Positions 19,999-28,581 of a stretch of DNA of 64,000 nt are shown here, in pieces (positions within the stretch are counted from its first letter, which is position 1; each line of letters begins with the position of its first letter). The stretch comes from Vicinamibacteria bacterium (GTDB taxonomy: Bacteria > Acidobacteriota > Vicinamibacteria > Marinacidobacterales > Marinacidobacteraceae). The notes beneath the pieces were generated by a model. That model was not told the origin of the DNA and did not search any database. It saw only the letters and a program-made list of their open reading frames with translations. Position numbers and translations under genes: made by a program. Where the stretch lies: NCBI GenBank assembly GCA_963668695.2, contig CAXXLQ010000004.1, positions 1,824,001 to 1,888,000 of the forward strand. Reading direction: 5' to 3'.

Positions 19999-21267
19999 GT
20001 GACGACGAACGGACGGACGAAAGCCGCAACCGGCTTCGAGGCGATCGTTTCCCACGACACCTACACGTTGGGGGTGCCCTGGGACCTCTTCAAGCGGATG
20101 CGGGAGCGGGGAGCCCCCTGCTGGGTCGAGGAGGAAGACGGGGCCGGCTTCTGGGCGCTCACCCGGCACGCGCATGTTTTCCAGGCCAGTTCGACGCCGC
20201 GCGACTTCTCCTGCGCCCGCGGCATCCGCCTCGAGGAACTCGACGACGACGAACTGGCCGCCCGCCGCACGATGATGGAGTACGACGGCGCCGAGCACGC
20301 CCGGCTTCGCCGGCTGGTTGGGCCCGGCTTTTCCCGAAAATCCATCGCCGCCTGCGAAGAATCGGTGCGTGAACTCGCCGCCAGCGTGCTCGACCGGGCC
20401 CTCGAGCTGGGCGAGCTGGACTTCGTCGAGGAGGTCTCCCGCGAGCTGCCCATCCGGATGCTCTGCCGCATCCTGGGCGTTCCCGAGGAGGACGCCGGCG
20501 AACTCGTGGAGTGGGGGGACGCGTTGATCTCGAACGCCGACCCCGAGTTCTCGATGGCGGTCATCGATCAGGAGGACACCGAAGCCTTCCGCCTGCTGCC
20601 GTTCCGGAGCCCGGCGGCGCGCTCCGTCTTCGAATACGCGAGCCGGATCCGCGAGGAGCGGCTCCGCCGTCCGACCGAAGACATCATCTCCGCGATGCTC
20701 GCCGAGGATGCCGCCGGCCGGCCGCTCACCGAGCTGGAGTTCCAGAACTTCTTCCTGCTGCTCATCGTGGCGGGGAACGAAACCACCCGCCACACCATTT
20801 CCCACGGCCTCCTGGCGCTGCTCGATCACCCGCAGGCCTGCGAGGCCCTGGGCGGAGCGATCGGCGACCGGGCGCTCTTCGAGTCGGCGACCGAGGAGAT
20901 CCTCCGCTGGACCTCGGTGACCATGCACTTCCGGCGCACCCTCACCCGGGATCTCGACCTTGACGGCGCTCCGATGCGCCGGGGCGACAAGACCGCCCTT
21001 TGGTACATCGCGGCGAACCGCGACCCGGACGCCTTCCCGGAGCCCGACCGATTCGACATCCGCCGGGACCCGAACCCCCACCTGGCCTTCGGCGCCGGCC
21101 GGCACGTCTGCCTCGGCGCCTGGCTCGCGCGCCTGGAAGTCCGGGTCACTTTTGAGGAGTTCTTCCGCCGGATCCGTGCGGTGGAGCTCACCGGTCCGCC
21201 CGACCGGCTCCGCTCCAACTTCATTCACGGGGTGAAGCACCTGCCGGTGCGCCTCGTCCCCCGCTGA
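19999..21267 (+). CDS. Cytochrome P450 (CYP124/125/142-like appearance)
   Basis: I-helix AGNETT, EILR, heme ligand 'HLAFGAGRHVCLG', 'RLRSNFIHGVKHLPV'. Confidence 0.92.
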   Translation: MTTNGRTKAATGFEAIVSHDTYTLGVPWDLFKRMRERGAPCWVEEEDGAGFWALTRHAHVFQASSTPRDFSCARGIRLEELDDDELAARRTMMEYDGAEHARLRRLVGPGFSRKSIAACEESVRELAASVLDRALELGELDFVEEVSRELPIRMLCRILGVPEEDAGELVEWGDALISNADPEFSMAVIDQEDTEAFRLLPFRSPAARSVFEYASRIREERLRRPTEDIISAMLAEDAAGRPLTELEFQNFFLLLIVAGNETTRHTISHGLLALLDHPQACEALGGAIGDRALFESATEEILRWTSVTMHFRRTLTRDLDLDGAPMRRGDKTALWYIAANRDPDAFPEPDRFDIRRDPNPHLAFGAGRHVCLGAWLARLEVRVTFEEFFRRIRAVELTGPPDRLRSNFIHGVKHLPVRLVPR

Positions 21268-21281
21268 TTCCGGAGGCTCCC

Positions 21282-23402
21282 ATGCTCCACCGCCCGCCGT
21301 CCCCGCTCGCGCCGCTCGCCGTCCCGCTGGCGCTTGCCGCCCTCCTGCTCGCTCCGGCTCCCGCTCCGGCCCAGGGCCCGTTCACCCTCGAACAGGTGAT
21401 GTCCGCGCCGTTCCCGACCGCGCTCACCGCGGCTCCCGACGGGTCCCGGGTCGCCTGGGTGTTTGACGAGCAGGGCGCCCGGAACGTCTGGGCGGCTGCC
21501 GCTCCGGATTTCGGGGGACTCCGCTTCACCTCCTTCGAGGGCGACGACGGGACCACCATCCACAGCCTCGCGTTCAGCCGCGACGGACTTCACATCGCCT
21601 TCATCCGCGGCGACGGCCCCAACCGGGCGGGCGAACTCCCGAACCCGACGAGCGATCCGGCGGGAGTGGAGCAGGCGCTCTGGGTCATCGAGGGGGGTGG
21701 GGAACCCCGCCGCATCACCGATCCGGCAGCCTCCCCCCTATTCACTGCGGACGGGCACTCGATTCTGTTCCTCCGACAGGGCCGGGTCTGGAAAGTCGGG
21801 CTCGAAGCGGACGCGGAGCCCGAACAGCTCGTCCACGGGCGGGGCTCCTTCGGAAATCTGCGCCTCTCCCCGGACGGCGGCCGCCTCGCTTTCGCGTCCT
21901 CCCGCGGGGCGCACTCCTTCGTTGGGGTCTACGACTTCGGCGCGAAAACCGTCCGCTACCTCGATCCGGCGGTGGACCGCGACCACTCGCCGGCCTTCTC
22001 GCCCGACGGGAGTTCGCTCGCGTTCGTCCGCGAGCCGCCGGTGCTGGCGCCCTATCTCTTCATCCCCCAGCGCGAGGGCCCGTCCTGGAGCATCCAGGTG
22101 GTGGACTTCGACGGTGACGGAATGCCGGGCCACGTCCGCGAGGTGTTCCGGGCGTCCGAGGGCAAGGGCAGCGTCTTTTCCGGCACCGCCTCCGCAAACC
22201 AGCTCCACTGGACCGGCGACGGCCGCATCCTCTTTCCCTGGGAGCGCGAGGGCTACCGGCACTTCTACGCCGTCTCCGCAGCCGGAGGCGACCCGGAAGC
22301 GCTGACCTCCGGCGTCTTCGAGATCGAGTACGCGGTCGCTGACGGGGAAGGGGGCCTCATCGCCGCCACCAACCAGGACGACATCGACCGCCGTCACCTC
22401 TGGCGCCTCACCGCGGGCTCATCCGCCGAGGCCCTGACCTCGGGCGGCGGTGTCGAAACCCTGCCGGTGGCCGTGCAGGGCGGCGTCGCCTACCTCGGCG
22501 GCGACGGGAAGCGTCCGCTGCAGCCGATGATCCAGCTCAACGGTCGGGACGCGCGGCAGGACGCGCGGGCGCTCGCCCCGGACGCCTTCCCGGCGGACTT
22601 CCCGCTGGAGCACCTGGTGGATCCGGAACCGGTGGTCTTCGCGGCCGCCGACGGCATGAAGATCCACGGCCAAATCTTCCGTCCGGCGGCCGGCTCCGGC
22701 TCACCCGGTCCCGGCGTGCTCTTCCTGCACGGCGGCTCCCGCCGGCAGATGCTGCTCGGCTGGCACTACATGGGCTACTACTCGAACTGCTACGCCTTCC
22801 ACCAGTACCTCGCGAGCCGCGGCTTCACCGTGATCGCGGTGAACTACCGGAGCGGCACCGGCTACGGCATGGAGTTCCGGGAGGCGCTCAACTACGGCGC
22901 GAGCGGCGGGGCCGAGCACCAGGACGTGCTCGGGGCGGGCCGCCACCTCGCCGACATGTCCGGCGTGGACGGCGACCGCATCGGGCTCTGGGGCGGCTCT
23001 TACGGCGGCTACCTCACCGCGATGGGCCTTTCGCGGGCGTCAGACCTCTTCGCCGCGGGGGTGGACATCCACGGGGTCCACGACTGGAACCGCACCATCC
23101 AGGGGTTCATCCCGAGCTACGAGCCGGACCACTACGAGGAGCAGCAGCGGCTCGCCTTCGAGTCCTCACCCCTCTCGACGGTGGACGGCTGGCGCTCTCC
23201 GGTGCTGCTCGTCCACGGGGACGACGACCGGAACGTCCCCTTCAACGAGACCATCGAACTCGTGGAGAAGCTGCGGGAACTCGGCGTCGAGCACGAACTC
23301 CTCATCTTCCCGGACGAGATCCACGGATTCCTCCGTCACGAGAACTGGCTCGAGGTGTTCCGCCGCAGCGCCGACTTCTTCATGCGGCACCTCGGGAAGT
23401 GA
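21282..23402 (+). CDS. S9 family (prolyl oligopeptidase/acylaminoacyl) peptidase, secreted
   Basis: Signal peptide, propeller repeats, GGSYGG, 'HGDDDRNV', 'PDEIHGF'. Confidence 0.92.
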   Translation: MLHRPPSPLAPLAVPLALAALLLAPAPAPAQGPFTLEQVMSAPFPTALTAAPDGSRVAWVFDEQGARNVWAAAAPDFGGLRFTSFEGDDGTTIHSLAFSRDGLHIAFIRGDGPNRAGELPNPTSDPAGVEQALWVIEGGGEPRRITDPAASPLFTADGHSILFLRQGRVWKVGLEADAEPEQLVHGRGSFGNLRLSPDGGRLAFASSRGAHSFVGVYDFGAKTVRYLDPAVDRDHSPAFSPDGSSLAFVREPPVLAPYLFIPQREGPSWSIQVVDFDGDGMPGHVREVFRASEGKGSVFSGTASANQLHWTGDGRILFPWEREGYRHFYAVSAAGGDPEALTSGVFEIEYAVADGEGGLIAATNQDDIDRRHLWRLTAGSSAEALTSGGGVETLPVAVQGGVAYLGGDGKRPLQPMIQLNGRDARQDARALAPDAFPADFPLEHLVDPEPVVFAAADGMKIHGQIFRPAAGSGSPGPGVLFLHGGSRRQMLLGWHYMGYYSNCYAFHQYLASRGFTVIAVNYRSGTGYGMEFREALNYGASGGAEHQDVLGAGRHLADMSGVDGDRIGLWGGSYGGYLTAMGLSRASDLFAAGVDIHGVHDWNRTIQGFIPSYEPDHYEEQQRLAFESSPLSTVDGWRSPVLLVHGDDDRNVPFNETIELVEKLRELGVEHELLIFPDEIHGFLRHENWLEVFRRSADFFMRHLGK

Positions 23403-23550
23403 GGTTCAACGTCCGGAAGCAAGGAGTACGCCGCACCTCAAGAGCCGTGTCCGCAGGGCGGAGGACCCGTCGCCTTGGGGCCCCGTCACGGAGGGGAGCC
23501 TGACACCGCACCCACCGCGAGATGGGCGGCCCAGGCCGGCGCTCTGCCCG

Positions 23551-24624
23551 TTATCTGACGGGCGATACATCGAAGTTCTGCTTGTCCAGGTATTCGAGAC
23601 GATGGGGAATTCTGGATCGGATGGTGGTCGCCAGCCGGTCGGAAATCCGATGCTCTCGGTACCGGAGGGCTATCCAGACAGGGAACGTTTCAGCCATGTC
23701 CTCCCTGGTGGGGTGGTCGCGGGCATACTCGGAAATGAAGTCCATGTCGTTTCGTTGTGCATCGAGCCAACCGGGAGAGGCGCTGTGGGTGGAATCGAGG
23801 CTCGTGTGCCCAGCTTCGTGAATTAAGGCCTCCTCCAGGATGCCATCGGACTCATATTCCCCCTCCGCCATGCCCGTGTGAATGAGGACGTTGTTGTTGC
23901 CTCCACCAAAGAGTTCGACTCCCCTGTGGATCCAGACCGTCTGGAACTCCGGTCCCCTAAGGGCTTTGGGAAGCTGGCCGATCAGATGGCCGTACTTGTC
24001 GGCTTCCCGTTGCGCCTGACTGGACGTCTCGAACTCCGGGTTTACCTGAATCTCTATCCTGAATCCGTCCGAGTACGTCGCCTCGAAAAGGAAGGCGTTG
24101 CGGGTCACCCAGTCTGCCGGCCTCCTGTCGTACATGGTGCGCTCTCCGCGTCCCGTGTAGGTCGCTTTGAGGAAAGTACTCGGGTCCTCGGGCGTGAGGA
24201 TGTCGGGGTCCACGAACAGGGTGCCGCCGATATCGAGGATGGGCAGGATGGTGACCCGCAGCGTCGCCCGTTGCCCGTCAGACGTAAACGTGATCGCAAC
24301 GGACCCCGCGCGGACCGCCTTGAGGAGGACTGCCCCCTCCGGCGTTGTTTCGATAAGGCCTATCTCCGGGTCGCTGGATTGCCAAACGCCTTCGATTTTC
24401 TGTTCCCGGCCATCCGACAATGTTGCCGTTAACGCAGCGGTCTGTCCCACCGTGAATTGCTCGGTGTCGATCCGGATGACGATCGCCGGGGTCGGGGGTG
24501 GCGGGGGCGCCGGGGCGGGGGCAGTAGACGGGGACGACGCTGTTCCGGAGTCGTTGCACCCGACGGTTCCGACGAGCGCGGGCAGCCCCGCCAACAACGC
24601 AATGAGGATTCGTCTCTGGATCAT
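23551..24624 (-). CDS. Lipoprotein with Ig-like domain and zincin-like HExxH domain
   Basis: Lipobox TVGC, Pro linker, 'WQSSDP.I' Ig-like segment, 'LIHEAGH', 'FISEYA....EDMAETF'; locally lower GC. Confidence 0.7.
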   Translation of the reverse strand: MIQRRILIALLAGLPALVGTVGCNDSGTASSPSTAPAPAPPPPPTPAIVIRIDTEQFTVGQTAALTATLSDGREQKIEGVWQSSDPEIGLIETTPEGAVLLKAVRAGSVAITFTSDGQRATLRVTILPILDIGGTLFVDPDILTPEDPSTFLKATYTGRGERTMYDRRPADWVTRNAFLFEATYSDGFRIEIQVNPEFETSSQAQREADKYGHLIGQLPKALRGPEFQTVWIHRGVELFGGGNNNVLIHTGMAEGEYESDGILEEALIHEAGHTSLDSTHSASPGWLDAQRNDMDFISEYARDHPTREDMAETFPVWIALRYREHRISDRLATTIRSRIPHRLEYLDKQNFDVSPVR

Positions 24625-24978
24625 TCGCTTTCTTCCCTTCGTTGGTTGGGAGCGCATACCCGACCCGCTGCCGAACGCAGTGTCATTCGGCGTTACAGGT
24701 GACCATCATACGGACATCGCCCCCCAATTCACGGACGGCGCCACGCGGCCCGGGCACCGGACCTCTGCGCTACGCCTAACCGCGCGATGGTTCACGTCTC
24801 GCCACTGTCCCAACGAGATGGCCCGTCCCGGTGTCAATGGGCTTCGAAAAATGAGCTGCCCGTTCTTCCAACGGCGGGTAAGACATTTTGGCCGCCTAGA
24901 AGTGCGACTTTTTCAAAGCTCGCCAACACTCGCGCGCGATGCCGGCCGGCGCTCCGCTGTCGCGCGACACCCGGGTGG

Positions 24979-25875
24979 TCAGCCGATCGGCTCTCCGTTC
25001 TCGAACGCGCGCTCGAGGTGCAGTTGCTGAAGCCGGAGGGTGAGCGGGCCGCGTGACCCGCTGCCGATCCGCCGCCCGTCCACCTCGAGCACCGGCGCCA
25101 GTCCTCCCATGGTGCCGGTCGTGAACATCTCGTCGGCGGTGTAGACGTCCGTCAGCGAGAGGTTCTTCTCCACCACCCGAAGGCCGTCCTCCCGGGCTGC
25201 CTCCATCACCGTCTCCCTGGTGACTCCGGGCAGGCAGTTGTCGGTGTGCGGCGTAAGCAGCGCCCCGTTTCGAATCACGAAGACATTCGTGGCGTTCGTT
25301 TCGGAGACGAAGCCGCCGAGGTCCAGCATGAGAGCGTCGTCCACGCCGGCGAGATTGGCCTGGATCTTGGCAAGGATGTTGTTGATCAGGTTGGCGTGGT
25401 GGATCTTCGAGTCGAGGGACTGCGGGCTGTTCCGACGAATCGAGGATGTGATCAGGCGGATGCCTTCGGGGTCGTAGACCAGCGGCTTCCACTCGGCCAA
25501 GACGATGAGCGTGCAGCCGGACCGGTTCCATTCGGGGCTCATTCCCGAGGTCACCTTCTCCCCGCGCGAAAGGGTGAGACGCACGTGAACGCTGTCCGTC
25601 ATGCGGTTGGCTCGAAGGGTCTCGAAAAGGGCGGCCCTCACCGTTTCCCGGGCCGGCACACCCGAAAAAGCCATCGCGTGCGCAGACCCGAACAGCCGGT
25701 CCAGGTGCCGGTCGAGGTCTGCGATTCGCCCTCGATAGACGCGCAAGCCCTCCCAGACCGCGTCGCCGCCCTGTACCGAACTGTCGAATACGGACACCTT
25801 CGCCTCCGACCGGGGTTTCAACTCGCCGTTGATCGAGATCAGGATGCCGGCATTTCGCGGATCGGGGAGTTCCAT
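24979..25875 (-). CDS. Class IV PLP aminotransferase (IlvE/PabC-like)
   Basis: 'VSVFD....GDAVWEGLRVY', 'HLDRL', 'KIHHANLIN', 'LPGVTR', 'ADEMFTTGT'. Confidence 0.92.
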   Translation of the reverse strand: MELPDPRNAGILISINGELKPRSEAKVSVFDSSVQGGDAVWEGLRVYRGRIADLDRHLDRLFGSAHAMAFSGVPARETVRAALFETLRANRMTDSVHVRLTLSRGEKVTSGMSPEWNRSGCTLIVLAEWKPLVYDPEGIRLITSSIRRNSPQSLDSKIHHANLINNILAKIQANLAGVDDALMLDLGGFVSETNATNVFVIRNGALLTPHTDNCLPGVTRETVMEAAREDGLRVVEKNLSLTDVYTADEMFTTGTMGGLAPVLEVDGRRIGSGSRGPLTLRLQQLHLERAFENGEPIG

Positions 25876-25950
25876 GTTCGTCTCCAACAGGAAAAGGGGC
25901 GCGCTGCCCGGAAGACTGAAGGCAGGGCCGGACCGGATCAGCGCGCGGCG

Positions 25951-26018
25951 CCGATCAGCAGCAATTCCGTCTGCCGCGGCACGAAGTACTCCGCGCCGCT
26001 GTCCGTGAGCCGCGCGTT
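25951..26018 (-). repeat. 68-bp duplicate of the 3' end of the M24 peptidase gene (other copy 26738-26805)
   Basis: 63/68 identical by eye; the two copies bracket higBA. Confidence 0.85.
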
Positions 26019-26035
26019 GACCACCCCGCGGAGCC

Positions 26036-26326
26036 TCACGCGGCCTCCAGCGGCGTGATGTCTGAGAGGTCGGCGGTCTTGCGGGCGCGTGCGAGGTCAT
26101 ATGCCCGCTGCAGATTCATCCAGAACTCCGCGGTGTTGCCGAAGAACTTCGAGAGCCTCATCGCGGTATCAACCGTCAACGCCGTTTCCCCCTTCACGAG
26201 TCGCTCGATCCGTGTCCTGGGCACTTTCAGCCGTCGCGCGAGTGCGATCGCACTCATGCCGAGCGGCTCGAGGTACAGCTCCACGAGCACTTCGCCCGGG
26301 TGACAGGGGTTCTCGATCAGCGTCAT
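26036..26326 (-). CDS. higA: HigA-family antitoxin
   Basis: 'HPGEVL...YLEPLGMS...LA..L.VPRTRI', 'TAMRLSKFFGNTAEFWMNLQ..YDL'. Confidence 0.93.
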   Translation of the reverse strand: MTLIENPCHPGEVLVELYLEPLGMSAIALARRLKVPRTRIERLVKGETALTVDTAMRLSKFFGNTAEFWMNLQRAYDLARARKTADLSDITPLEAA

Positions 26327-26339
26327 CTTCCGACTCCTC

Positions 26340-26621
26340 TTAGTGGTAGTCCACGGTTTCGACATCTGCCGGTCCCCGATCGGTCCACACAAAGCAGATG
26401 CGGCATTGGTCATGGACGCGGATCGAATACTGGCCGACTCGACCGCCTCCAAGTGCTTCCAGTCGGTTGCCCGGCGGAAACCTGAGATCGTCAAGGACCG
26501 TGGCGGCGTCCATCGCCGTGAGGAGGGCGCGTGTCCGTCGGACCAGGTCGCTTGGGAACCCTTTGCCATAGTGATCCCGAACCGCACCTGCCGCAAACCG
26601 GCCCCTCGTACTCACGACCAT
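26340..26621 (-). CDS. higB: HigB (RelE-superfamily) toxin
   Basis: 'LDDLRFPPGNRLEAL.G.R.GQYSIRV.DQ.RICF.W...VE.VDYH'. Confidence 0.92.
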   Translation of the reverse strand: MVVSTRGRFAAGAVRDHYGKGFPSDLVRRTRALLTAMDAATVLDDLRFPPGNRLEALGGGRVGQYSIRVHDQCRICFVWTDRGPADVETVDYH

Positions 26622-26630
26622 GACCAATAT

Positions 26631-26647
26631 GTATCATAACGTGATAC
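26631..26647. promoter_or_regulatory. Palindromic operator of higBA
   Basis: GTATCA-N5-TGATAC directly upstream of higB. Confidence 0.6.
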
Positions 26648-26724
26648 GCACGCCGGAGAAGCTGTCCGGAGAAGCTGCCCCGCGGTGCGAAACCGCGAGT
26701 CGCTCCCAGGGCAGATGGCGTTCC

Positions 26725-28149
26725 CTACTGCGCCCCCCCGATCAGCAGCAATTCCGTCTGCCGCGGGACGAAGTACTCCACCCCGCGGTCCGTGAGCCGG
26801 GCGTTCTCTTCGATCCGTACCGGCAGCACCAGGCCGTCCCACTCGGGGACCTTCGTGCTGACATGCAGCTCCACCGAGTACCAAGCCTCCGCGGCGAGCG
26901 GATACCGCACCCGGTCCCCGTACGCGAAGGGCCAGTCGACCGCGACCCGGGCCCCGATGTCGTGGGTGGAGTTCCCGACGGAATGCGAGTAGACGCCCAC
27001 TTCGGGCTGGGTGGGGTCGGTTTCGACCACCCCGCCGGTCTTCGGCTGGCCGGCGTGGTAGCCGAGCGACCCGACGTCCTCCATGGTGGTGTCCCACACC
27101 TCGTGAGCGATCGCTCCCGGCTTCATGTTGTCCGTCAGGATGTCCGTCACCTCCATGGCCTTGGCGAAGGCGTTCCGGATGCTCTCGGGGGGCTCGGTCT
27201 CTCCGGGCCTGAGCACGTAGGCGGTGCGCTTGATGTCGGTCCGGTAGTCGAGATAGCCGAGACCCGCGTCCACCGACAGGACGTCACCCGGCTGCACCGG
27301 ATGGTCCGGGCTGTTCGTCGGCAGGTTCTCTCCGTTCCGGCTGATCCGGACTCCCGGCAGGAACTCGACGAAGAGGCCCAGTTCCATCGCCCGCTGCCGC
27401 ATCCACCAGTGGATGTCGTCCGCCGTGGTCTCGCCCACCTTCACCACCGCGTCGGAAAAAGCCTCTTCCTCCCAGGCGACCGTCCAGGCGGCGAGGCCGC
27501 GAAAGACCTCGAGCTCGTCGGCGATGTGGATCTGCCGGAAGTCGCGGACCAGGAGTTCCGCCGAAACCATCCGCGACGTGTATTCGGGCCCCAGGTTCTC
27601 CTCGAGAAACGTCCTGAGGGTCCACGTCAGCCCGTCCGCCATCGGTAGCGTCGGCGAGACATTGATTCCGATCCGCTTCGGGTCCCGTTCCTCGATGACC
27701 TGCCTCAAGTGCGGGATGACGCCTTCTTCGGTGTAGCCGTAGTAGATGAGTTCATCGTAGGCATCCCGGATGGTGGTGTCGCGCAGCTCGTGCGACCCGA
27801 TGAAGATCTTCTCGGGTGTATCTCCGCCGCGGTCGAAGAAGAGATAGGCGTTTCGGACACCGCCCCAGCCCCCTCCGATCTCCGAGAGGATCGGATCGAC
27901 GTGGTGTTCGCGGCTGAACACGAGCCAGAGATCGATGTCGTGCGCCCGCATCGCCGGGAGCAGGACGCTGTCGAGACGCTTCGCGACCAGATCCTTCCGG
28001 ATCTCGAAGCGCGCCTGGGCGCCCGGGATCCGGAGCGACTCGGTGGGACGAGCAGCGTCGCTGGCCGCGCCGCCGTCCCCGGAGCCGCCGCAGGCGCCGG
28101 CGGCCAGCACCGCCAGCACCGTCGAGAAAAGCAGTGCGTTTTGGATCAT
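26725..28149 (-). CDS. M24 family metallopeptidase lipoprotein
   Basis: Lipobox AGAC; 'GDVLSVDAG..Y.TDIKR.AYV', 'HSVGN..HDIG', 'SVEL', 'IEEN'. Confidence 0.85.
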   Translation of the reverse strand: MIQNALLFSTVLAVLAAGACGGSGDGGAASDAARPTESLRIPGAQARFEIRKDLVAKRLDSVLLPAMRAHDIDLWLVFSREHHVDPILSEIGGGWGGVRNAYLFFDRGGDTPEKIFIGSHELRDTTIRDAYDELIYYGYTEEGVIPHLRQVIEERDPKRIGINVSPTLPMADGLTWTLRTFLEENLGPEYTSRMVSAELLVRDFRQIHIADELEVFRGLAAWTVAWEEEAFSDAVVKVGETTADDIHWWMRQRAMELGLFVEFLPGVRISRNGENLPTNSPDHPVQPGDVLSVDAGLGYLDYRTDIKRTAYVLRPGETEPPESIRNAFAKAMEVTDILTDNMKPGAIAHEVWDTTMEDVGSLGYHAGQPKTGGVVETDPTQPEVGVYSHSVGNSTHDIGARVAVDWPFAYGDRVRYPLAAEAWYSVELHVSTKVPEWDGLVLPVRIEENARLTDRGVEYFVPRQTELLLIGGAQ

Positions 28150-28581
28150 CGCGTCACCTCACGATTCGGTTCGTGCGCCGTCCCGCGATCCGGTCGACAG
28201 CGGCACCGGACCCGCCCTCGCCGGCAAGCGGTGCGAGAGTGTCTCTCTGGGCTCCCACGATCGAAAAACGAACCTCCAAGCATCAGGAAGAACATATGAC
28301 TCTTGATGTCATCATGACACCACGGTCGAATCGTCCTGTCCTCAACGACTTGACTTCCAGATTGACTCTTGCTAAGCCGCGTGCGAAGCTGTTTAATAGC
28401 GGGTCCGCGTCTGGGGTTGGTTTTGCACCCTGCAAATCCAGTCGCTGCGCTGGCCGTCTCACTTCAATTGGATTCTCCCTCGCAACCGTCCGTTGGCCGC
28501 TCAGCCAACGGCCGGCGAGTCTCCGGCCGCGCGAATTCCAATCCAATCAGTCTTTTTTCCCGGGAGGGGGTAGTTCCTGCC

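Noticed and set aside
28296-28375. Palindrome TGTCAT-C-ATGACA and repeated TTGACT upstream of the TonB receptor gene
   Set aside because: Plausible regulator sites but short, with no cognate regulator in the window; not supportable.
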